64,000 bases of DNA from Candidatus Cloacimonadales bacterium (GTDB lineage: Bacteria; Cloacimonadota; Cloacimonadia; G963667145), in assembly GCA_965228195.1 (NCBI GenBank), contig OZ245797.1, forward strand, positions 452,088 to 516,087. Reading direction: 5' to 3'. Shown piece by piece: positions 10,073 to 23,442 of this stretch. Numbering within the stretch: position 1 is the stretch's first letter; every line of letters begins with the position of its first letter. The translations under genes were made by a program, and so were the position numbers. A model generated the notes under the pieces. It was not told where the DNA came from. It saw only the letters and a list, made by a program, of their open reading frames with translations, and made no database searches.

Positions 10073-12061
10073 TTATTTTTTATTCCTCTTTAGTGATTTT
10101 AAGATGTGTCTTATTACTTCAATAATATGCTTGAATCCAGCTTCTTTGGCTATTGCCAGAGACTTTTTATACATTTCTTCGGCTCCATCCAAATCGCCTC
10201 TGGTTTGTAGGAGATTTCCAAGATTTCCATACTGATTAGCCATTCCTTCAAGCCGTCCTAGTTTTTCGTCTATCTCCAGAGACTTTTTATGCATTTCTTC
10301 GGCTCCATCCAAATCGCCTCTGGTTTGTAGGACTATTCCAAGATTTCCATAATCAGAAGCCATTCCTTCAAGCAGTCCTAGTTTTTCGTCTATCTCCAGA
10401 GACTTTTTATGCATTCCTTCGGCTCCATCCAAATCGCCTCTGGTTTGTAAGACTATTCCAAGATTTCCATAATCAGAAGCCATTCCTTCAAGCCGTCCTA
10501 GCTTTTTATTAATCGCCAGAGACTTTTTATACATTTCTTCGGCTCCATCCAAATCGCCTCTGGTTTGTAGGACTATTCCAAGATTTCCATACTGATTAGC
10601 CATTCCTTCAAGCCGTCCTAGTTTTTCGTCTATCTCCAGAGACTTTTTATGCATTTCTTCGGCTCCATCCAAATCGCCTCTGGTTTGTAGGACATTTCCA
10701 AGATTTCCATACTGATTAGCCATTCCTTCAAGCAGTCCTAGCTTTTTATTAATCGCCAGAGACTTTTTATACATTTCTTCGGCTCCATCCAAATCACCTC
10801 TGGTTTGTAGGACTATTCCAAGATTTCCATAATCAGAAGCCATTCCTTCAAGCCGTCCTAGCTTTTCTTCTATCTCCAGAGACTTTTTATACATTTCTTC
10901 GGCTCCATCCAAATCGCCTCTGGTTTGTAGGACTATTCCAAGATTTCCATACTGATTAGCCATTCCTTCAAGCCGTCCTAGCTTTTCGTTAATCGCCAGA
11001 GACTTTTTATACATTTCTTCGGCTCCATCCAAATCGCCTCTGGTTTGTAGGACTATTCCAAGATTTCCATACTGATTAGCCATTCCTTCAAGCCGTCCTA
11101 GCTTTTCGTTAATCGCCAGAGACTTTTTATACATTTCTTCGGCTCCATCCAAATCGCCTCTGGTTTGTAGGACTTTTCCTTTATAGTAATAACCTGTGGC
11201 TTCCATCATTAAATTATTCCCAGATTTTGCCAAATGAATTGCTCGGTCAATCATAACAATTGCTTTTTCCAATTGCCCAATATCAATTAAGAAACTTGAA
11301 AAATTCAATAATTGATTTTCCGAAGGATTCTTTATTAATGCTTTAGAAAATTCTATTTCAGCATCAATTAATTTACCTTCCTTAGCTAATGTCCAGGCAT
11401 TTTCAATATCTTTCTTTAATTCAGTATCGATTTTATCAGAAGAATCCAATTCAGATATTAGATTTCTATCATCCGGTATCTCTGGATGATCATTTGGAAA
11501 TTCATAGCCCCCCTTCTCTTGTGAACCATCCTCCCTAAGCCATTTTGAAAGGTTTTTCCTAATTGAGTCTGTAAATTCTTTTGTTGATAAGAAATCAGAG
11601 TACAACAGTTTCTTTTCATCACCAATTCGCCTCTTAAAATCTAATACTTTTTGCAATTGTAGTCCAGGGTCGGCAAGTTGATTAGGTGGTATAGATTTAA
11701 ATAAGCACACTATTTGCTTCATGGGGAAATTTTCCCCCTGAAAACAATCTATCGCTATTAAATACTCCTCTTCAGTTCCAGAAGTAGCATTTTTTTTATT
11801 CACACCTGGGTTTGAACCCCAACGGTCATGTAATAATAAAATGAAATAGTCACATTCCTTAAGTTCTTCATTAATTAAACTTTGCGGTCTTCCAATACCA
11901 GGCAGGGTATCTTCCCACCCTACAGCTTGAAAAGTAACTCCGCGATGTAATGCTTCAATACGATTATAATCTTCAATTTCTTTAACAAATGCTCTTCTTT
12001 CGTCTTCAAGTCCTCCTGGAGAAGCTATAAAAACTTTATATACGTTTATTTTATATGACAT
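10073..12061 (-). CDS. DUF4062-like N-terminal domain + tandem TPR protein
   Basis: KVFIASPGGL..ER...CDYFILLL..RWGS...SGTEEEY; C-terminal 40-aa TPR-like repeats. Confidence 0.85.
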   Translation of the reverse strand: MSYKINVYKVFIASPGGLEDERRAFVKEIEDYNRIEALHRGVTFQAVGWEDTLPGIGRPQSLINEELKECDYFILLLHDRWGSNPGVNKKNATSGTEEEYLIAIDCFQGENFPMKQIVCLFKSIPPNQLADPGLQLQKVLDFKRRIGDEKKLLYSDFLSTKEFTDSIRKNLSKWLREDGSQEKGGYEFPNDHPEIPDDRNLISELDSSDKIDTELKKDIENAWTLAKEGKLIDAEIEFSKALIKNPSENQLLNFSSFLIDIGQLEKAIVMIDRAIHLAKSGNNLMMEATGYYYKGKVLQTRGDLDGAEEMYKKSLAINEKLGRLEGMANQYGNLGIVLQTRGDLDGAEEMYKKSLAINEKLGRLEGMANQYGNLGIVLQTRGDLDGAEEMYKKSLEIEEKLGRLEGMASDYGNLGIVLQTRGDLDGAEEMYKKSLAINKKLGLLEGMANQYGNLGNVLQTRGDLDGAEEMHKKSLEIDEKLGRLEGMANQYGNLGIVLQTRGDLDGAEEMYKKSLAINKKLGRLEGMASDYGNLGIVLQTRGDLDGAEGMHKKSLEIDEKLGLLEGMASDYGNLGIVLQTRGDLDGAEEMHKKSLEIDEKLGRLEGMANQYGNLGNLLQTRGDLDGAEEMYKKSLAIAKEAGFKHIIEVIRHILKSLKRNKK
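10156..11178. repeat. 120-bp intragenic tandem repeat, ~8.5 units
   Basis: CCAGAGACTTTTTAT...GGCTCCATCCAAATC recurs every 120 bp (9 occurrences). Confidence 0.97.
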
Positions 12062-12271
12062 AGTCAGTATCTTTTTTATATGGCATATAACTACTCGCTA
12101 TCATCATTATACATCACCCCTATTTGTCTCGCTACCTGCATTGTTTATCTCTCCACTATAAATATTACTCTTCTCGACAAAAAAACTATTCAAAAAATCC
12201 TGTCAACAAAAAAGCCCTCCACATAATGGCAGAGGGCGTCACCAAAATTATCAATCATCAATTATCACCTA

Positions 12272-12331
12272 TTAATTTAACTGAGGAGTTTTTTTTGCCT
12301 AAATTCGCAGTAGTTTGCCCTGAAGCTGTAT
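12272..12331. repeat. 60-bp direct repeat, copy A
   Basis: 56/60 identical to 15095-15154. Confidence 0.9.
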
Positions 12332-12514
12332 TTTGCAAACCGTAACCTTAAAAACAACTGGGCAAGGGTGGCGTTGGCTTTTTTCTCTTTTATTTTTCAT
12401 TTTTAGAGAGCGTTCATTTAATTGGGTCTAATTTCTTCTTTTTACAAGCGTTAAAGTCAAAGTTTAGCTTCAAAGGAAATTGAACGAGAATAAGAGTATC
12501 GCCCTGATTTTCTC

Positions 12515-13321
12515 TTATAAATCGAAAAAATTTTTCCTAACTTCTTCCATTTTATTTTCAAAAACAACTCTTTCATCTTCCTGCAATTCACCAGAAAACA
12601 TATTGATCATTAAATCGTGGACAATATAATCTTCAACAATATCAATCACACCTGGATCATTAGTCCAGGTTACCTGACTTTCTTCTCCTCGGGATACTAT
12701 TCCCGTAACAGCTTCTTTATTATCGACTACCAATATTATATATCTCTGGGACTTTTCTTTCAGATATGCATCTATTTTTCTATGTGTTAGCACCTGCGCA
12801 AATTTATTATTATAACCAAAATAAACTCCCTTTACCTTTACACCCCTACTTATACTATGCTCAAAAATTGAAGATAAATCAAGATACTCTTCTTCCCAAA
12901 TTGAAACATCAATTCTACTCTCAGCTTTTTTTATCATTTTGGTCATAAAATTAAAAATATTAGTTCTACCACATATAACTTTTGACTCAAATTTATTTTT
13001 TTTGTTCGAAAACAAAGTGGTAGTTTCTTTTTCAACATGATCGATTATGTTATTATAACTTGCTTTAATATTGGAAACTAAATTTTCTGGCTCCAACGGA
13101 ATAAAGACGCTGCCTTTTTCTAGTTTTTTTTCAAAAATAATTTGCTTTTTCACAAGGCTACTAGTCACCTCATAAATTTTCGACCTTGGCACACCTGACT
13201 CTTTACCAAGAACATATCCATTACACGGCCAATTTTGCAATAACGACAAATAAGCTTTTGCTTCATATTGACTAAAACCGAGCTTTTTCATCTCTTCTAC
13301 TAAAATAGTAATATTTTCCAT
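12515..13321 (-). CDS. TrmB-family transcriptional regulator
   Basis: LGFSQYEAKAYLSLL...SGVPRSKIYEV wHTH. Confidence 0.88.
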   Translation of the reverse strand: MENITILVEEMKKLGFSQYEAKAYLSLLQNWPCNGYVLGKESGVPRSKIYEVTSSLVKKQIIFEKKLEKGSVFIPLEPENLVSNIKASYNNIIDHVEKETTTLFSNKKNKFESKVICGRTNIFNFMTKMIKKAESRIDVSIWEEEYLDLSSIFEHSISRGVKVKGVYFGYNNKFAQVLTHRKIDAYLKEKSQRYIILVVDNKEAVTGIVSRGEESQVTWTNDPGVIDIVEDYIVHDLMINMFSGELQEDERVVFENKMEEVRKNFFDL

Positions 13322-13334
13322 TGAACCTACTCTC

Positions 13335-13643
13335 CTACAATCCATAGTAAAGCATTATCATACATGAGCCAATAGCTCCTAAAACTGGTATGACAACTCC
13401 ACCTTTAATATAACCCAACAACAAAGATATGGCTACTCCAATAGTTGAAACCATTTTGTGATCAGGAATCGCATAAATACAACCTGGCAAAAGCAAAGCA
13501 CCCAAAGCTGCAAATGGGATATTATAAAGAAATTTTTCAAATTTGCAAGGTATTTTTTTTCTGGATAACAGATAAAATGGGATCAGTCTAGGCAGATATG
13601 TCACGATCATCATTCCCAAGATTAAAATATAGATTTTATTCAT
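13335..13643 (-). CDS. azlD: AzlD-family branched-chain amino acid export protein
   Basis: ILGMMIVTYLPR..PF, FL..IPFAALGALL; follows azlC. Confidence 0.85.
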   Translation of the reverse strand: MNKIYILILGMMIVTYLPRLIPFYLLSRKKIPCKFEKFLYNIPFAALGALLLPGCIYAIPDHKMVSTIGVAISLLLGYIKGGVVIPVLGAIGSCMIMLYYGL

Positions 13644-14334
13644 CGCATTTCTCCTTTTCTTTTTCACTAATAAAGATATTCGAAACAGAGGCAAACAAGA
13701 TTGAAAGTATCATACTCCATCCTTGCGAGAGTTCAACAAATTCTAGCAAAAAACTGTTGATAACCCCTGCTCCCATAAATAACACAATCACTCGCGACGA
13801 TTTTTTAATCTCTGGAACTATTATAGCCGTAAACAATGCGAATAAAGCAATTCCCATACTCAATTTAATCACTTCTGGCAAAATCTCGCCTAAGATATTA
13901 CCAACTAAAGTTCCAATAGCAAGTGCCGAATAAGCAAAAAATTCAAGCAAAATAACATATTCACTCGAGAGCCCCTTTTTCTTCAACGATACTATAGAAA
14001 ATATTTCATCGGTGAGCCCAAAAGCGATAAAAGGAACTTTTCTTTTCATCTCTTCATCAATTTTGGGTGACAAAGAAGCAGAAAACAAGAAATGTCTAAA
14101 ATTAACTAAAAATGTTGTGATAATTATCTCACCTATTCCAACTCCCCCTATAAGCAAATTTAAAGCTATAAATTGACTAGCCCCCGCAAAAACGATCAAT
14201 GAAAATCCAACACTCTCAAGTGTCGTTATACCAGCGGCTTTGGACAACATACCGAAAGCAATGGCAATTGGTATAAAGCCAATTACAATCGGAAACCCAT
14301 CTTTAAAAGCATCTTTTGCGTTACACTTTTTCAT
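13636..14334 (-). CDS. azlC: AzlC-family branched-chain amino acid export permease
   Basis: FAGASQF, VNFRHFL, FGLTDE motifs. Confidence 0.9.
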   Translation of the reverse strand: MKKCNAKDAFKDGFPIVIGFIPIAIAFGMLSKAAGITTLESVGFSLIVFAGASQFIALNLLIGGVGIGEIIITTFLVNFRHFLFSASLSPKIDEEMKRKVPFIAFGLTDEIFSIVSLKKKGLSSEYVILLEFFAYSALAIGTLVGNILGEILPEVIKLSMGIALFALFTAIIVPEIKKSSRVIVLFMGAGVINSFLLEFVELSQGWSMILSILFASVSNIFISEKEKEKCDE

Positions 14335-14498
14335 CTGCAATCCTCCTTTTTATAGTATACACTATAGTGGTTACTAACTGGAGAGGCCATTATTTGTCAA
14401 TCAAATAAATTATAAAAAAGGAAAGTTGTCGCAAACTATGCTTGAACTAACCAGAGTTTAATAGCAAAATTTTTGACTCATTTCACACCCGAAAAATA

Positions 14499-14972
14499 CT
14501 AACTACAAATTTTTTTCACCGCCTCTAGCGGCACAGATGTCCTTTGGGAAACCTCTTCCAAACTCATGCCCGAAGCGTAAAACCTTTGCACAAAACAAAA
14601 AACGCTTTCACCGATTTCCACCAAATTACCCTCTGGATCGTAAAATCTAATCGTCCGTTGACCCCACAGCTCCTGTTGCTCACGATGTAAATATTGGGGT
14701 TTATACTTGGCAATCTTCGCCAGCACTTCATCAAAATCTTCAGTCTCAAAGCAAATCTCCAGATTTTTATTCCCATTTTCGCTAAAAGTTCTTCCCAATT
14801 TTGTGCTTATCGGCATTTTATCGTTCAATTCCCACAAAGAAATCCCACACTTAAAACCAATACAACTGCCAAAATCAACCTCAATCTCTTGCTCCAAAAC
14901 ATCCTGATAAAAATTTTTCATCTCTTCCAAATTTTTTACCATCAGCACACTCGAACTAAAATTTATCTTCAT
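14499..14972 (-). CDS. VOC/glyoxalase family protein with short C-terminal HTH-like extension
   Basis: WGQRTIRFYDPEGNLVEIGE motif. Confidence 0.85.
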   Translation of the reverse strand: MKINFSSSVLMVKNLEEMKNFYQDVLEQEIEVDFGSCIGFKCGISLWELNDKMPISTKLGRTFSENGNKNLEICFETEDFDEVLAKIAKYKPQYLHREQQELWGQRTIRFYDPEGNLVEIGESVFCFVQRFYASGMSLEEVSQRTSVPLEAVKKICS

Positions 14973-15094
14973 TTGAACTCCTTAAATTTTTTAACAATAA
15001 AAAATCCACTCACAAACTTTGCAAGTGGATGATAAAAATTGTTACTAATTTTGTATTTTCATACCTTTTAATTTTCTTCTTTCTTTTATAATTT

Positions 15095-15154
15095 TTAATT
15101 TAACAGAGGAATTTTTTTTGCCTAAATTTGCAGTAATTTGCCCTGAAGCTGTAT
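15095..15154. repeat. 60-bp direct repeat, copy B
   Basis: 56/60 identical to 12272-12331; just downstream of 5S rRNA. Confidence 0.9.
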
Positions 15155-15209
15155 ATTGTATACTGCGATAGGGGAAATTACAAAAAAGTTGGGCAAAAAA
15201 AAATCCTCT

Positions 15210-15329
15210 GTTATGGCGGCGTCCTACTCTCCCACACAGTCGCCCGTGCAGTACCATCGGCGCAGACAAGCTTAACTGCTGTGTTCGGAATGGGAACAGG
15301 TGTTGCCTTGTCGCTATAGCCACCATAAC
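15210..15329 (-). rRNA. rrf: 5S rRNA (ends approximate)
   Basis: CCCATTCCGAACAC, GATGGTACTG, GGGAGAGTAGG motifs; terminal stem GTTATGG/CCATAAC. Confidence 0.96.
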
Positions 15330-15537
15330 AAAGAACTTTAAGTTTTGTAAAACTGCTAAAGTTTTAAGTCTTATAATGAGCGCTTATTTTCTTCCAAATT
15401 TCGCTCATTCACTGTGTCTTTGACACAGCTTCGAGCTTATTTGTCGAAAATCAGCACTTTTACAAAACTTAACTTTACCAAATTTTAGTAAATTTTTGTT
15501 ATAGTAAAAAGTTGGTGAGATATTAAAAAGAAAAAAA

Positions 15538-18503
<2,966 letters not shown>

Positions 18504-18601
18504 TAATTCTCTTTAATTATCTCACCACTTCTATAAAATTTCTATTCAAAAGATCGAAAAATATTTTTTGCCGCTGATTGCGACTTTTTACTCTAAATAA
18601 A

Positions 18602-18677
18602 TGGTGGAGGATAACGGATTCGAACCGTTGACATCTTGCTTGCAAAGCAAGCGCTCTACCAGCTGAGCTAATCCCCC
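18602..18677 (-). tRNA. tRNA-Ala(TGC)
   Basis: GGGGGATTAGCTCAG...TTGCAA...GTTCGAATCC...CCA. Confidence 0.97.
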
Positions 18678-18738
18678 AGCAAATTGCTGAAGCAATTTGC
18701 AATTAATAGTTTATAATTGACAGTTGATAATTAAGGAG

Positions 18739-19092
18739 CTAACGCACGTTTTTCACCTTTTTGACTATTGCAGTCAAAATTTTGATTATCTCTATCAAAT
18801 CGTTTTTAAGACTAAAAACCTCTTTTTCGCCCAAATATTCACCAGCCAACAAATCGAGCCAATACTCTGTTTCACCAGCCTCTTTGAGAGCTATCGACAA
18901 TTTCGAGACAAAATCTCTTTTGCTTTGCGCATTTTGACTTTCCTTGATGTTCGCACCAATCGAAGTCCCGCTTCTCAAAATCTGCCTCGACAAAACATAC
19001 TCTTTCTTATCAACATTCAAGCTTTTACACAGCTTCACTATCTTTTTAGCAAACACAAACGCTTTCTCGTAAACGATATTTTTTCTTATCAT
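18739..19092 (-). CDS. Four-helix-bundle protein (23S rRNA-IVS / TIGR02436-like, Avd-like fold) in the 16S-23S spacer
   Basis: QILRSGTSIGANIKES..AQSKRDFVSKLSIALKEAGETEYWL family signature; GGAG upstream of ATG 19092. Confidence 0.9.
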   Translation of the reverse strand: MIRKNIVYEKAFVFAKKIVKLCKSLNVDKKEYVLSRQILRSGTSIGANIKESQNAQSKRDFVSKLSIALKEAGETEYWLDLLAGEYLGEKEVFSLKNDLIEIIKILTAIVKKVKNVR

Positions 19093-19190
19093 CTTCCAAA
19101 TCGCTCCAAGCCCCAAAATAATTGCCTTCACAATTATCAATTATGAATTGTCACTTGATAATTCATTTGACACCAAGAAATGGTGTCAAA

Positions 19191-19267
<77 letters not shown>

Positions 19268-19327
19268 ATCAGAATAAAAATTAGGTAGAGTAAACCCAAA
19301 GCCAATCGGCTTTTTCTTTTTTCCTTT

Positions 19328-20895
<1,568 letters not shown>

Positions 20896-20982
20896 AATAA
20901 ATTACAATTTGATTGACTTTGTTTGGTTTACTCTACACTTCTATAAATTTCTTTTTTCAAGTATCTGTTTCAATTGTGAGCG

Positions 20983-21011
20983 CATATTTTGTTGTGAGCT
21001 TTTTGTGTCAA
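20983..21011 (-). promoter_or_regulatory. Putative rRNA operon promoter (TTGACA-N21-TG)
   Basis: TTGACA about 110 nt upstream of 16S; a second TTGACG near 21157-21162. Confidence 0.5.
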
Positions 21012-21317
21012 CACCAAATTCTCAAAAAATTTTTTGGGACAAAAAAAACCTTGCCTTCAATCTAAAATGTTCGTTACTCTTCAATCGAAGGCTGGTTAAT
21101 GCTCAACTAGCTTTGCTATCTCAATTGTGGTTCGTTTGTATTTCAGACGGTTTTTGCGTCAAGATTTAATTTTGCTTTTATGTTTGCAAAAGGACAATAA
21201 ATAAATTTAAGAGTTTGTAAAATATAATCATCAAAGCCTAACATTTTTTATCTATTCATCGGTATATCCACTAACATCCACGAATTCAATCCCAATTTTC
21301 GTTAAATGTCTCGTTAA

Positions 21318-22115
21318 TTAAAGCGAATTAGCCGCACCGATCTCCTTCAGCTCAATATGACTGTTTCTGAATCTAGCTTTGCTCCTCTCACCCTTGAGGT
21401 GGATAGCGTTCACAGGACAATTATGAACGCAAGCAAAGCAAGCGGTGCAACGATCACCTAAAGAGATTTTTCCAGTTTTGGCATCCATCTGAATATTGTC
21501 CAGCGGACAGACAGTAGCACAAACCTTGCATTGAGTGCAACTATCTTCTACCATCAAAAAATTTTTGACGCCTTTACCAATACTATTGCCCAGCAAAGAG
21601 CCTTTTTGGGAAGGCTTGCTGGCTTTTTTGAGCATCAGCTTAGTTCCCAATTTCCCCAAGCAAGAAGATTTCAAAAGCCAATTTCGGGACGCTTCGATCT
21701 CCGCTTTAATTGCCGCTAAATGTTTTTCGATCTGCTTTTTGGGTTCGTTCTTTATCTGCTTGCTCATATCAAAACCTGGCAAAAAGTTATCGACCATCTT
21801 AATCTTATTTAAATAAGAGAAGTTCAATTTTGTTTGCCCAGCTATCTTATTCAGGTGAGCGACGGCTCCTCCGGCAAAAATGCCGTAAGTCATCACCGCA
21901 AAAAGATAGTCGCACTCCAGAGTCGCCTTTTGTAAAAACTCTCTCACCAAAGGCGGAACCGACCAAGCGTAAACAGGAAAAACAAACCCTATTTTTTCGT
22001 CCTTAAACTCAAGCTTGCCCCTTTTGAGCATCTTGGCAATAGAGTAAACTTCTCCCCCCAAAGACTTGGCTACATACAAACTGTTACCCGTAGAGGTAAA
22101 ATACAATATTTTCAT
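21318..22115 (-). CDS. EFR1-family flavodoxin/ferredoxin protein
   Basis: YFTSTGNS flavodoxin loop plus two CxxCxxCxxxCP clusters. Confidence 0.9.
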   Translation of the reverse strand: MKILYFTSTGNSLYVAKSLGGEVYSIAKMLKRGKLEFKDEKIGFVFPVYAWSVPPLVREFLQKATLECDYLFAVMTYGIFAGGAVAHLNKIAGQTKLNFSYLNKIKMVDNFLPGFDMSKQIKNEPKKQIEKHLAAIKAEIEASRNWLLKSSCLGKLGTKLMLKKASKPSQKGSLLGNSIGKGVKNFLMVEDSCTQCKVCATVCPLDNIQMDAKTGKISLGDRCTACFACVHNCPVNAIHLKGERSKARFRNSHIELKEIGAANSL

Positions 22116-22246
22116 CTTTTCTCCTTTTGTATATCAACTATTTGAGTATGGCAAAAACAAGCAACCGTGTGGTCATTCATCATACTCTCGGCTTGCATAA
22201 AGGCGTAGCAGATCTTAGCACCAACGAAGTTAAAGCCGTTCTTTTT
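22112..22246 (-). pseudogene. Orphan 3' fragment of a tag (3-methyladenine glycosylase) allele
   Basis: Translates KKNGFNFVGAKICYAFMQAESMMNDHTVACF... versus tag KKNGFSFVGPTICYAFMQAVGMVNDHTVDCF; its TGA overlaps the EFR1 ATG. Confidence 0.85.
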
Positions 22247-22283
22247 GCAAAACAGATAAAATAAGCTTCTACCAACCTCTTTT

Positions 22284-23438
22284 TTATTTTTCTATTTTTG
22301 CCAATTTACTCTTTGGATGCATAAACCACACCACTACCAAAGAAAAAACGCTCAAGACAGCACCGCCCAAAAAAGGGATGGTGGGGTGAACAATCCACAG
22401 ATAACCACCGACCACAGGCAAAACAACCGCGGCGATATGATTGATGGTAAAACTAACTGCCGTGCTAGAGGCGATATCTTCGGGAGCAGCGATTTTGTGA
22501 AAATAGGTGCGGATAGCCATCGAGCCGTTGAAAGTGATATGGTCTAAGATATAAAGCATAGCCACAAGCCATCTATAAGGGCAATAAGCATAAGCGGTGA
22601 AGATAATTATCAAACTGCCATACTCGACAAAAAGTATAGCTCGCTCACCAAACTTGCCGATAGCTTTGGCGACCATCGGAGCTAAAAAATAGTTGATTGC
22701 GTTGTTGAAAACAAAAAGCAAAGTTATCTCTTGAATAGAGAAAGAGAACTTTTTTATTAACAAAAAAACAGAAAAGACCATAAATATTTGCCGTCTGGCG
22801 CCCGATAGTAAAGTCAAAAGGTAAAAGATGGTGTATTTCTTCCGCAAAACAAATTTTTTTTGCTTTATCTTGGACATTCTCACGCTGGGAGCGGAGAACA
22901 GCCCCCAAATGCCTGCCAACATCACCAAAATGCCAAGAATAGAGAACATCGTCTTATAGGACAAAAGATAAGACAACCCCAAGATGCCAAGACCCACTGT
23001 GATGGAGACCAAAGACATTATGCTGCGCTGACTGCCTAGCACCAACGGCGACTGATACTCATCAAAATTTTGCAAAATCAAAGATTGATTGGTGGTCTCG
23101 TAGTAGTGAAAACCAAAACTCATCAGCAGAGTAGAGATAAGCAGTCCGCTGAATGTAGGCATAAATCCGGTGCTGAGTATACCTGCGCCCAGCAGTATTA
23201 TCGACAATGCCGAGAGGTGATGCTCTTTGATGATGACTATCACAAAAATGACCAGCATCGCCAAAAAGCCGGGGATCTCCCGCACAGATTGGATGATGCC
23301 CATCTGCAGACCGTTAACATCGACCACCTCTACGGCAAAGTTGTTGAATAGAGTCCGCCAGCCTTGCAGCCCGATGGTGGATGCCATAGTCAGCACCAAA
23401 AGATACCAGTAAATTGGGTTTTGTTTTATTCTTTGCAA
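22284..23438 (-). CDS. MFS transporter
   Basis: About 12 hydrophobic segments, QSVREIPG motif, 384 aa. Confidence 0.85.
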   Translation of the reverse strand: MQRIKQNPIYWYLLVLTMASTIGLQGWRTLFNNFAVEVVDVNGLQMGIIQSVREIPGFLAMLVIFVIVIIKEHHLSALSIILLGAGILSTGFMPTFSGLLISTLLMSFGFHYYETTNQSLILQNFDEYQSPLVLGSQRSIMSLVSITVGLGILGLSYLLSYKTMFSILGILVMLAGIWGLFSAPSVRMSKIKQKKFVLRKKYTIFYLLTLLSGARRQIFMVFSVFLLIKKFSFSIQEITLLFVFNNAINYFLAPMVAKAIGKFGERAILFVEYGSLIIIFTAYAYCPYRWLVAMLYILDHITFNGSMAIRTYFHKIAAPEDIASSTAVSFTINHIAAVVLPVVGGYLWIVHPTIPFLGGAVLSVFSLVVVWFMHPKSKLAKIEK

Positions 23439-23442
23439 AAGT

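Noticed and set aside
10156-11178. CRISPR array or DGR variable region
   Set aside because: Units are contiguous in-frame 120-bp coding repeats with no spacers; variation is not adenine-specific (AATCAG vs TCTGAT); no cas or reverse transcriptase gene in the window.
18739-19092. DGR accessory gene avd
   Set aside because: Related fold, but no reverse transcriptase, template repeat or target gene nearby.
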